DNA of 64,000 bases from Antechinus flavipes (GCF_016432865.1 NC_067402.1:113398001-113462000), one strand, 5' to 3'. Counted from the first letter of the stretch, positions 25,066 through 36,015 are shown. Notes: generated by a model from the sequence alone, not told the origin. Translations and numbers: made by a program.

Positions 25066-25692
25066 AGGAAGCCAACAATGTTCAGAGTCACAGGACTCTG
25101 AGTGGAAGGAACCTTAGAGTCATCTACTGTAATGCTTTCATTGGTGTGTAAGATGTTGAGATTCAAACCCAGTTCCTGCCATTCCAATGTCCCTGGATAA
25201 AGGGCATGCTTCAGAGCCAGCAAGTCTAGGATACACACTGCTGTGTGACTCTGGGCAAGTTGAAATTAAAGATGATACACTTTCAAAATTCTTCCATTGA
25301 AAAATAATATTAAAACCCATTATATATATTCAGTCAGACAACAAGCAGATGCTGCATTGGTAGAGAGAATGTCGTTATATAAGTTCTTTTTGTCAATTAA
25401 ATAAATGTCTTATTTAAAAAAACAACCCTGATAATTCACTTAAATAAATGCTTATTAAACACCTATTATTTCTTCCCATTGAGAGTTCTCTTCCTACACT
25501 AATGAAACCACAGGTCTCAATAAAAGCAAAAGAACGTAAACAAATTCACCCTTGAACGATGTTGACAGCAGAGGTACAGAGGGAAGCTGCGGGTCACCAC
25601 AAGGAACTTCTCGGTGGCTCTGCTGGGAGCCCTGCAGTTGCATCCCTTTGTCATAAGCATCCCATCTGACCAGTTCCCATCCCAAGCCTCAC

Positions 25693-25846
25693 CTTGATAG
25701 AATATGCTCCTGTCCTTGTATGTGAAGAACCTGCCGGAAGCTTTCCAGGAGTGAAGTTCCGGGGAGAGCTGGGGGGGAGGGATGTGCAGGTAGACAGCAA
25801 GAAGGGGAATGCCCAGGAGGCCCACCTGGATCCACCACTCCTTCAT
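25693..25846 (-). CDS. MEST: MEST exon 2 coding part (exon starts at 25847; ATG at 25846-25844)
   Basis: cccccag|G ATG..CAAG|gtgag; [51 protein letters not shown]; exons 2-12 join to 981 nt = 326 aa + stop. Confidence 0.96.
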
Positions 25847-26073
25847 CCTGGGGGGAGACCAGAGACCCAGGATGAGCCCCAAACCGAGGTGAACGCCCAC
25901 AGCACCCCTCCCTAGGAAGGCTGGGAGGAGGCTGACCACAGACCCAGGCAAAGAACAGCTCTGAAGCCTGTGGCAGGTAATGTATTTTTATTAATGTACA
26001 TGTATTATACATGTATTAACATACTTTTCTTTGCCTCCTCTATGCTGAGGTAAGACAGAGATCTGCCTTACTG

Positions 26074-26297
26074 GGCTGCCTCTGAAAACTTGATTTTAAA
26101 AATCCAAACAAACAAACCATAAACCTGCTTCAGAACCACAGTTCCAGAGCTAGTCACCTAGTCCACTGCATTTTACAGAGTGAGGAAACTGAGGCAAAGG
26201 AAACAGAGGCTAAATGCTTGTTCAAGGTCACAGAGACAGGAAAATTTAAACTCAGGCCATCTGACCCCAGTCTCTTTCTTCAATGTCAAGCTCTCAA
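26074..26297 (+). repeat. Direct-repeat copy B (partner at 22812-23038)
   Basis: See copy A; offset 3262 bp. Confidence 0.92.
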
Positions 26298-26555
26298 GAG
26301 AGAAGGACCTATTTGCTTAAAGTAAAAGGACTGAATAGAAACATTTTTTGAACCTCCTCAACTGCATTTTACCAAGTCTTCCAAAGAGGAAAAATTATCC
26401 TTTCCCCTTCAATTTACTTTATGAATTCATAAATCTCTCCTTCCATTCCCTCACATGCCCCATTAACAGATAATATATTTGCTAAAAGGAAAAAGATAAA
26501 AATGGTTGAATGATTTTAAAATGAGAGTTCCATTCCATATATTCAGGCCTTATGT

Positions 26556-27067
26556 CAGCCATTCTCAAATCTTTCAGTCTGGGAATCCTTTTATATTCTT
26601 GAAAATTTTTGAGGCTCCCCAAAGAGCTTCTATGTGGATATAACTGTCAATATTTACCATATTCAAAATTAAAACATACATTTTAGACTATTTATTAATT
26701 CATTTTAGGATATCAAACTCATTACAAGTAAACCTTAAAAAAATTTTATTAAAAACAATTGTATTTTCTCAAATTAAAAAATGAGAAGAGTATCATTGTT
26801 TTACATATTTTTGCAAATTTCTTGAAAGTCTGGCTTAACAGAACACAGCTGGATTCTGATAACTGTTTCTGACTTCAATCTATTGCAAAATGTGGTTTCA
26901 AATGAAGTACTTGAAGAAAATCTGGCCTCCTACAGATATGTAGTTGGCAAAGAAGTATTTTAATAGGCAAATAATATTTTAATACCACTATGAAAACAAT
27001 TACGATGACTACCCATGGAGGATTCTAAGCATCCCAGTATCTGATGACGATATTTTGAAAACCACTG
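26556..27067. mobile_element. hAT-Charlie family non-autonomous element, about 510 bp
   Basis: TIRs cagccattctcaaa / tttgaaaaccactg; Charlie-like interior; degenerate 8-bp flanks ccttatgt / ccctatca. Confidence 0.65.
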
Positions 27068-27204
27068 CCCTATCACATTCCAATCAATCAACAAGCATTT
27101 AGTAAACATCTACTATGTACCAGGCACTATGCTAGGGACTTGGGATATAAAGGCAAAAATTAATCTAGTTCTGGTGTCAAGGAGTCTAGCTAGGGAAGAG
27201 GGAA

Positions 27205-27759
27205 NNNNNNNNNNNNNNNNNNNNNNNNNNNNNNNNNNNNNNNNNNNNNNNNNNNNNNNNNNNNNNNNNNNNNNNNNNNNNNNNNNNNNNNNNNNNNNNN
27301 NNNNNNNNNNNNNNNNNNNNNNNNNNNNNNNNNNNNNNNNNNNNNNNNNNNNNNNNNNNNNNNNNNNNNNNNNNNNNNNNNNNNNNNNNNNNNNNNNNNN
27401 NNNNNNNNNNNNNNNNNNNNNNNNNNNNNNNNNNNNNNNNNNNNNNNNNNNNNNNNNNNNNNNNNNNNNNNNNNNNNNNNNNNNNNNNNNNNNNNNNNNN
27501 NNNNNNNNNNNNNNNNNNNNNNNNNNNNNNNNNNNNNNNNNNNNNNNNNNNNNNNNNNNNNNNNNNNNNNNNNNNNNNNNNNNNNNNNNNNNNNNNNNAA
27601 AGAGGAAAGAAAGGAAAGGGCANNNNNNNNNNNNNNNNNNNNNNNNNNNNNNNNNNNNNNNNNNNNNNNNNNNNNNNNNNNNNNNNNNNNNNNNNNNNNN
27701 NNNNNNNNNNNNNNNNNNNNNNNNNNNNNNNNNNNNNNNNNNNNNNNNNNNNNNNNNNN
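27205..27759. other. Assembly gaps 27205-27599 and 27622-27759
   Basis: N runs. Confidence 1.
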
Positions 27760-28224
27760 AGCACTATCATTTGAGGTTAAGATAAGGAAAAGTCTTATGT
27801 AAAGGTGGTGTTTGAACTGATTCCTGAAGGAAACACGAAATTCTGAGATAGAAGTGAAGAGTTTGTGTTCTCCATCTAATTATTCATGCTATGATTTGAG
27901 AAAATATGGCAAAAACAAGTTACTCAATTACAGAGTTGGCTGCTATTTATCCTAAGGTAAGCAGCTTTGAAATTCCCCAGTGAATAACTAATCTCTAGGG
28001 GAGGTCTGGGCAGTGGATTACATAGTGACTGTCCTTTCTCCACTAAAGTTTATGGAACTTACTATTCACAGTGTTTCTTAGGATTTCCCAAAGGCAGAGC
28101 TGAAACTTGGAACAATCCAAGAGAAAGTGTTAAGTTGACCCATGTGCAGAAACCCAGTTCCTCTGACTGCTGAGTAGCACAATGGATAAAACACCACGCC
28201 ACAAATCAACACGGGAATGGACAC

Positions 28225-28365
28225 TTAACTAGCTCTGTGACCCTGGGCAAGTCACTTAACCCCATATGTCTCAGTTTTTTCATCTGTAAAATGAGCTGGA
28301 GAAGGAAATGGCAAACACTCCAGTATTTCTGCCAAGAAAACCCACAATGGAGTCCCACAGAGTTA
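28225..28365 (+). mobile_element. Mar1-type CORE-SINE, forward, well preserved
   Basis: ctagctctgtgaccctgggcaagtcacttaac..ctgtaaaatgagctggagaaggaaatggcaaacactccagtatttctgccaagaaaaccc. Confidence 0.85.
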
Positions 28366-28749
28366 AACACTATGACCATGTCAATGGAGTTGGGGATGGG
28401 AGTGGAAACTACAGAAACAAAAATAAAATCATCCCTGCTCCTTAAGTCAAAAGCCTCAGAGAATAGGTCTGGTATAATCATGAAACTGTCTTAGTTTTCC
28501 CATTTTATAAGAAGGACAAAATTCACCCCAATACAAACAAGAAGCCAGTTTACCTTATCATATGAACCTCAAGAAAATCACTAGAAGTGAAAGGGAGAGG
28601 AGGGGAGGGGAGGCCATGTTGTCACTATGATCACCTATCCCTGTGCTTAGTCATGTATATTTGTAACTTCCCTATCAAAACTGAAAATGTCAGTTCCCTA
28701 AAGACAACCCCATTCTTTAGTGTTGCAACCCCCTAACTACTAACTGACT

Positions 28750-31180
28750 GGTGTCTGCAGCAATCCTCCAAAGGGGAGAGATCCAAAGAGATACAACAGT
28801 CAGAGAAGAAGGCGGTGACCCATATTCTGCCCCCATCATTGACCTGATTTCTGCAATGGACAAATATCTACCAGTCTCCAGAGGTCACTCCTCCTTCCAT
28901 TCCAGGCTCTGCCAAATCAGCCCTTGATGGCTTCAATATTGGCATTCCTGTGACCTCAAACACCCTGGTCGTCCAATTCATCAGCTTCTTGAATTCCCAT
29001 GACCTATAGTTCCATTTTACCCTTCAGAGTGCTCAACCTAAAAACCTAACCACAACCTAAAACCATTCCTTCTCCATGTTCTTAAACTCCGAAATTCCTT
29101 CTCTATGGTCATAACTTCCTCCTTAGCGAGAACTCCCTAGATCTCCTCTCTTTTCAACTAGTCTTCATTCTCGTGCTGTTACTACAAGCTCCAGTTTCTT
29201 CATCTCTCTCTGTTCTTCCCATTCTACCCAGCTCTTTCCTTTTTCTTTCTGTCTTTTTTTTTTTTTTAACAGTTCAATTAGACACTGTTTTCTACCCTGG
29301 AACTCCCTAACTCTCTTGCTCCCTTCTTCTTCCATTCATACTCTGCTAATCCTCATCCCTGAGTTACTTCCAGAATCCGAACCCAAGGTGGTAAACATGA
29401 CTGGCATAACTTTATCACACAAGGAATAGACCCATCTTCTTTTTTTTTTTTTTCAGACTCATTTTATTTTTATTTTTTTAAATAACTTTTTATTGACAGA
29501 ACCCATGCCAGGGTAATTTTTTACAATATTATTCCTTTCACTCACTTCTGTTCCTATTTTTCTCCTCCCTCCCTCCACCCCCTCCCCCAGATGGCAAGCA
29601 GTCCTTTACATGTTAAATAGGTTACAGTATATAGACCCATCTTCTAAAAATTAATATTATGTAATTTCAACTGCACTCCTTAACCTCCTTGGCAATTTTT
29701 TTTTATTCATCTCTAGAGGACTCTCCTCATACTGAATATTCCAAATCTTTTCCACTTTTCTCTACACCCCCCCCCCCAGAGGTTTACTGGGAAAAGCTAG
29801 TCGATCCATTGCAAAATCTCTCCTCTCCCCTATATTTTACCAGTCTTCTGCATTGCTCCAGTCTCTGAGAAAGAACTGATCCTCTTACTTGGCTTAAGGC
29901 TTCTAATTTTGCTTTGATCCTATCTCCTCCTAAGCTTTGCCTGATGGATCATTCTTTCCTACCCCACTTCCCAAATTCAATCTCCTCCTTCCCAGCTATC
30001 TACCAACCTACTCAGGTCTCATGTAGCCTTTAAAAAGACTTCCTTAGCCTACCATCCCCTGAAGCTATAGTCTTGTGTCTCTTCCTCCATAAGCTCACTT
30101 TTTAAGATTACTGGACTATCTTAAGGAACAGTCTGTATACCTTCTCTTTACTCTTTCCCTTAGCTTCCATAGGTTCAATTAACATTTCCTCAAGTCAATT
30201 CCACTTATTATTGGGAAACCATCTAATTGCTTTGATCCTCTGCTTCCTCATCCTTAATGCCAGGAGACATCTCTACTCAGATATCTCCTGGCCACTTCAA
30301 ATTCAATGTGTTAAATGGAACTCATTGCCCCAGTCTGCCCCCAAATTTCTATTCCATTTCAGGCTCTGTCAAGTCAATCTTTGATGGCTTCAATATTGGC
30401 ATTCCTATGACCTCAAACACCCTCATTCTCCAATTCATCAACTTCTTTAACTCCCATGACCCAGAGTGCTCACTCCTAAGATTTCACCACCACCAAAACC
30501 ATTCCTCCTCCGTGATCTTAAACTCTGAAATTCCTTCTCTACGGTCATAATTTTCTCCATAGCCACTGCAATTTTCTACTTGTGGGTGCTATCAGCTCCC
30601 CAAACTACCAGGTACCTTAGAATCTCAAGACTCTTCCCTGTCCCCCTATTCAGTCAAGTTACCAAGTCCCATCAATTCTACCACAACAGCTACTGAAACT
30701 GTCTGTTTCTCCCCACATGGCCACTACCTGGGTTCAAGTCCTCATAGCCTTTGGTCTAGAATATTGTTTTTGAGGTTGTTGGTTTGATTTTTGCTATTTG
30801 TTTTTGCCAGATCTATGTAGGAAGGGCCCATCTTCCAAGATAGATAGACAATTTCTCTGCAACTTTTGAGTAGCCAGGAGCTGAGAACCTGGTTCATTTG
30901 TCCAGGACTACACTGCCTCATTTTTGTACGAAGCCTCTCCAATTATTGAAACAACCTCTTCTGTGGTTTTCTGAATTCCAGGACCTCACCTCACCCCTCC
31001 AATCCATCCTGCACAATTATTTTCCTAAATTACAGGTTGGACCATGGCAGTCCTCTCCCCTTTGAAAAGTCTTCAGTGGTCCCCTGTTTTCTCAAAGATA
31101 ACCCTAGCTTGTCTTTCCACCTTTATTTCACATTATATGGATTCTAAGTCTCAGACACACTTCATTCTAGTCATTCCTAC
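28750..31180 (+). mobile_element. Fragmented ancient L2 LINE with an internal duplicated segment and a nested young L1
   Basis: CT-rich L2-like sequence; boundaries approximate; recalled consensus only. Confidence 0.55.
29441..29630 (-). mobile_element. 5'-truncated young L1 3' end with 15-bp target-site duplication
   Basis: TSD atagacccatcttct at 29426-29440 and 29631-29645; poly(T) tail at left; dasyurid-type L1 3'UTR. Confidence 0.9.
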
Positions 31181-31929
31181 AATCAGGGCTGTGCAACTAT
31201 TAGATTTTTCAATGCGAATATTAACAACTCAGAACTGCTATAAGTCAGTGCTGGACTTAACTGTTTTGTTGATTGTCTAGACTTAAGAAAGTGATGGGGA
31301 AAATGTTAATAATGCAGATTAAATTTTCAAAAACTTTTTTTTTCTAGAGAGCCAGCAGTTGGTAGAAGTTTACCAGCACACCTAACTGATATTTCATTTT
31401 CTGGGTCCTCTATCAACCAGGCAACACCCTCCCTCCAAATACCTGGAGTGGACTTCCTCTTCTCAGTGCCACCTCTCAGAATTTTTCTCGAGCTTCAAGA
31501 TTCAGCTCAAAAGCCACCTCTTCCAATCAGTTTTCTCTGAGCTCCTCCATTAGTGCTTCTTCCCACCTCAAATTATCTTGTATTTGCTTATCTGTGAACA
31601 TGTTCTACCCTTCCCCCCAGGAAGGCAGAGACAGTTTCCTTTTTCACCTTGTATCCCCCAATCTCTTGCCCCTTGGAGGAACTTACTAAGTATTTGCTGA
31701 ATCAAACAAACTGAATTCAAGTATATAGTCCATGCAGGGCCCTGAATAACTGGCATTACAGTAATCCTGCACGGTATTACCAAACACAATCTGTAACATT
31801 TCGCACACCCTGTAGCATTGCCACACACATTCCATACCTCACACACCCTTTTGCCCTTGCCAAATAGTTTAATGCCCAGAGTGCAAGGGTATTGTCCGAC
31901 TAGGAAGAGTAGCTATCCCAAACCAAGTG

Positions 31930-32490
31930 ACAAGGAAAGGAGAGAGGGAGAAAGAAAGAAGGGAAGGAAGAAGGAAGAGGAAAGGGAAAAATAAAGGCAA
32001 AGAGGTAGAGGACAAGGGAGAAGAGGAAGGGGAGGAAAGAGAAGGGGGCAGAGAGAAAAGGGAGCAGGGCTAGGTCGGGAATAAAAGAAGAAGGAGAGAA
32101 CAGAGGGAAAAGGGAACAGGCAGAGGGTGGGGAGCAGGGGGCTGACAGGGGGAGAGGAGGGGAGCAGGGGGTGCTGCCAACGGATAGGAGAGCTCGGGAG
32201 AATGGGGGACAGAAGGGAGAGGGGTAGGGGACGGAGGGGGGAGAGCAGGGGGAGAGGGGCAGGGGGCAGGCAGTGGGGAGAAGGAAGGGGAGCCGAGAGA
32301 GAAGCAGGAGCAAGGAGAGGGGATCGGAGGCAGGGGGAGAGGAGGGGAGCAGGGGGTGCTGCCAACGGATAGGAGAGCTCGGGAGAATGGGGGACAGAAG
32401 GGAGAGGGGACGGAGGGGGGAGAGCAGGGGGAGAGGGGCAGGGGGCAGGCAGGCGGAGACAGGTCTGACAGGGAGAGGATCAGGGGGAGG
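31930..32490 (+). repeat. G/purine-rich tract with a near-perfect ~125-bp duplication (32146-32273 and 32331-32452)
   Basis: Both copies contain gggtgctgccaacggataggagagctcgggagaatgggggacagaagggaga. Confidence 0.9.
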
Positions 32491-32890
32491 GGAGCAGGCA
32501 GCAGGCTTGTCTCAGTCCCCTTGGTCTACGGGGCCATTTGGCTCCTGCAGGTAGCAGCGCATTTAGGTCCGAGGGGCACTCAGGTCGGCCGAACCCGCGT
32601 GACGCCACACTCGGCTCGGCGCGCCTGCCTCCCCCCATGCAGAAGCCTGGTCTTCGTTGCCCACGGACCTCGGGCACTAACGCTCCGGCCAAAGGGCACC
32701 GAGGCTCCCGCGGGCGACGGCCGCTTTCCGAGGGCCCGGCCCCTGTCCATCACGCCGCGGTGGGGAATATTCTGGGAGTGCTCCCAGAGGGCTCCCGGGG
32801 CCGTCCCTGCCAACAGCCCTCCGCGCCGCTCACCTGAGCTCAGGTCCAGCCCCAGAGCGGAACGCCGTCCATGCCCGGCCGGGCGCCGCC

Positions 32891-32901
32891 TGCGCACGCG
32901 C
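32891..32901. promoter_or_regulatory. NRF1-like motif TGCGCACGCGC
   Basis: Matches the YGCGCAYGCGCR core inside the MEST CpG island. Confidence 0.55.
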
Positions 32902-33082
32902 CGTCCGCAGCCCCGAGAAGCCGAAAAGCTTGTCCTCGGACTTTGTGCACAGTCCCGGGGCAAGAGCCCGGCGGAGCCACCGAGCTTCGGGCTGCGGGGA
33001 TAGAGCGTCGCCGAGGCGGGCCCCGCTCTCCCACCTCTCCCCCACCTGACGTTTTCTTCCTCCTTCGGGTCTCCAAACGACG

Positions 33083-33096
33083 ACGCCACCTAGGGG
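33083..33096 (-). promoter_or_regulatory. CTCF-like motif (CCCCTAGGTGGCGT on -)
   Basis: 12/14 match to CCASYAGRKGGCRS at the upstream edge of the MEST island. Confidence 0.45.
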
Positions 33097-34263
33097 AAAT
33101 GCGAGGCCATGACAGGCCTTCGCAGCACCCATTGAAAAACTGGAGAGGAATCGTTGAAAGCCTGTCAAGGCTAAATAGGAGTTAAGAGCTGGAAAGAACG
33201 GCGCTTTAAGGTTTGCAAAGCGCTTTACAGATATCATTTTGTCCCCACGACAACCCTAGGAGGCAGGTGCTATAATTATCCCCACTTCACTGATGAATAC
33301 CCCGGGTTTCAAGGAGGCAACTTCAGAATTGGGGTATTTCTGATTCCCAGCCCACCACTCTTAACTTCCCTGGGTCACCATGGATGGTCACTGAGCCCAG
33401 CCCCTTCATTTTACAGGAAAGGAAACTGAGGAAGCCCAAGAAGGCTAAAGTGACTTACCCAGTCACATACACTAGCAAAAAGATCAGGCAAAATAACAGA
33501 GCTGGAGTTCCAGCCCGAGTCTGGTGATTTCAAAGACTAGGCTCTCTACACGCTTTCTAGGTTTAAAAACCAAATGTTGAGTTCACTTTGAAAGGTTTGA
33601 GTATTTTAACAAGGACAAAAGGTGTTGAATCTTGTAAACTTTATAGAGAAAATTTTGGAAAACTATAGTTACAAAATCAAAGTAGGCTAGAGATAATAGG
33701 GACCTTAGACTCCATGTCCAGTGCTCTACACTGTGCCCTTCTTTTATGAATAAAAAACTGGGGCCTTGAAAAGTTAAGAACTTGCTCAAGATGTATATTC
33801 GGGTAAAATCCAAGTCAGGAGTTCAAAACTCATCCTGACTCCAAATCTGCTGTTATTTCTATTGTTTGGCGTTTTCTTCCTGCTCATCCCCGCCTCTTGC
33901 AAACCCTAGCTCTCTTCAGGGCTCTCTGTTCAATTGCTACCTCCTATAACGTCGTTCCTGAGTTTCCCAGTTGGTTCTACTCGCCAATCCCCTCCCCTTT
34001 TATTTTTATATTTGTTGCTATAGATTTTGTACCTCTTCTCACATCCCAGCGGTGTAGTAAGTTCCTTGCTTGAGGGCAGCTATCATTTCATTTTTGGCTT
34101 TGTATTCCCAGCACTTGCACATGGTGGATACTTAATGTTTAATGGATTTGAGGTTTGCTTGGTCACACATCTAACAAATTAAAAAAGCAGGATACTCAAA
34201 CCCAATACTATGTGCCCAAATTATACCACGATATACAATATATACATATACACACAAAATGTA

Positions 34264-35448
34264 NNNNNNNNNNNNNNNNNNNNNNNNNNNNNNNNNNNNN
34301 NNNNNNNNNNNNNNNNNNNNNNNNNNNNNNNNNNNNNNNNNNNNNNNNNNNNNNNNNNNNNNNNNNNNNNNNNNNNNNNNNNNNNNNNNNNNNNNNNNNN
34401 NNNNNNNNNNNNNNNNNNNNNNNNNNNNNNNNNNNNNNNNNNNNNNNNNNNNNNNNNNNNNNNNNNNNNNNNNNNNNNNNNNNNNNNNNNNNNNNNNNNN
34501 NNNNNNNNNNNNNNNNNNNNNNNNNNNNNNNNNNNNNNNNNNNNNNNNNNNNNNNNNNNNNNNNNNNNNNNNNNNNNNNNNNNNNNNNNNNNNNNNNNNN
34601 NNNNNNNNNNNNNNNNNNNNNNNNNNNNNNNNNNNNNNNNNNNNNNNNNNNNNNNNNNNNNNNNNNNNNNNNNNNNNNNNNNNNNNNNNNNNNNNNNNNN
34701 NNNNNNNNNNNNNNNNNNNNNNNNNNNNNNNNNNNNNNNNNNNNNNNNNNNNNNNNNNNNNNNNNNNNNNNNNNNNNNNNNNNNNNNNNNNNNNNNNNNN
34801 NNNNNNNNNNNNNNNNNNNNNNNNNNNNNNNNNNNNNNNNNNNNNNNNNNNNNNNNNNNNNNNNNNNNNNNNNNNNNNNNNNNNNNNNNNNNNNNNNNNN
34901 NNNNNNNNNNNNNNNNNNNNNNNNNNNNNNNNNNNNNNNNNNNNNNNNNNNNNNNNNNNNNNNNNNNNNNNNNNNNNNNNNNNGAAAAGAAAGAGGGAGA
35001 AAAAGAAAAGGAAAGAAAGAAGGAAAGAAAAAGAAAAAGAAAAGAAAAGAAAAGATACTTCTTCACGATGTGGAGAGTAAGCTCTTCCAGGGCAGTCAGG
35101 TTCGTTTTTTCTGTCTCCTAACTAATGCTTGCTAAAAGGTTCGAGTATTTTAGCAAGTAGAGATGGTGAATTATGTGGTTTATAGTAGCTTACTACATTA
35201 TACTANNNNNNNNNNNNNNNNNNNNNNNNNNNNNNNNNNNNNNNNNNNNNNNNNNNNNNNNNNNNNNNNNNNNNNNNNNNNNNNNNNNNNNNNNNNNNNN
35301 NNNNNNNNNNNNNNNNNNNNNNNNNNNNNNNNNNNNNNNNNNNNNNNNNNNNNNNNNNNNNNNNNNNNNNNNNNNNNNNNNNNNNNNNNNNNNNNNNNNN
35401 NNNNNNNNNNNNNNNNNNNNNNNNNNNNNNNNNNNNNNNNNNNNNNNN
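34264..35448. other. Assembly gaps 34264-34983 and 35206-35448
   Basis: N runs flanked by simple repeats. Confidence 1.
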
Positions 35449-35859
35449 TCCCCACCCTCACCCCCCATTCCTACCCCAGATAGCACTACTTTGGATCCTA
35501 TTTTCCACAATGTAGGGTCATCGATTTCCACAATCAACTTGTAGGTATAGCAAAGAAGCATTGTAATATCCGCAGTTTAAATTAAGATCTAGCTAAAAGT
35601 CATAATTATTGTGTGCATTAAATTTAAAGCTAAAGTGGTTTGGTGTAGAAGAAATAAGTCAACAAGCATTATGTACCAGTGCTGCAAAGAGAAAAAATTA
35701 AAAGTCCCTGCTTTCAAAGAGCTGACGTTCGAACCAGACGTGTATATGAATGTATGTATGTGTATCATATGTGTATATATAAATGAATAAATAAATGCAA
35801 GGTGGATAGAATACAATATATTCTATCCATAGTATTGGGTAGTTTGCCAAGAACAAACT

Positions 35860-36015
35860 TGGAATCAGACTTGGAATTAGGACCTGAATTTGACTCCCTG
35901 CAGGTGCTGATCTTTGGTCAATCCCCTCACCTCGCCGAGCCGAGTTCCTCTTCGGAAAATCAATAACATTAATATTTGCACTACCCGCTTCTCAGAGTTG
36001 TAGTGAGAAGAGCGC
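35860..36015 (+). mobile_element. Diverged MIR SINE at the edge of the CEP41 promoter
   Basis: tcacctcgccgagccgagttcctcttcggaaaat..ctacccgcttctcagagttgtagtgag aligns with the MIR core consensus. Confidence 0.6.

Larger units (their letters stand above)
32500..33200 (-). promoter_or_regulatory. MEST: CpG island, probable promoter and first exon of the short MEST isoform; exon-1 donor CAG|GTGAGC at 32834/32833
   Basis: Dense CpG in an otherwise CpG-poor region; consensus - strand donor; position matches the MEST promoter island in other mammals; TSS not determinable. Confidence 0.75.

Noticed and set aside
25848-25951. 35-codon in-frame extension upstream of the MEST exon 2 ATG
   Set aside because: Begins at TTG, not ATG, and lies in the intron upstream of a good acceptor (ggtctccccccag|G)
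27129-27785. Long ORFs spanning X runs (also 34155-35561 and 49126-49770)
   Set aside because: Produced by N gaps
32356-33237. Overlapping 100-215 aa ORFs in the MEST CpG island (also 36328-36870)
   Set aside because: Expected stop-codon scarcity in GC-rich DNA; no recognisable domain
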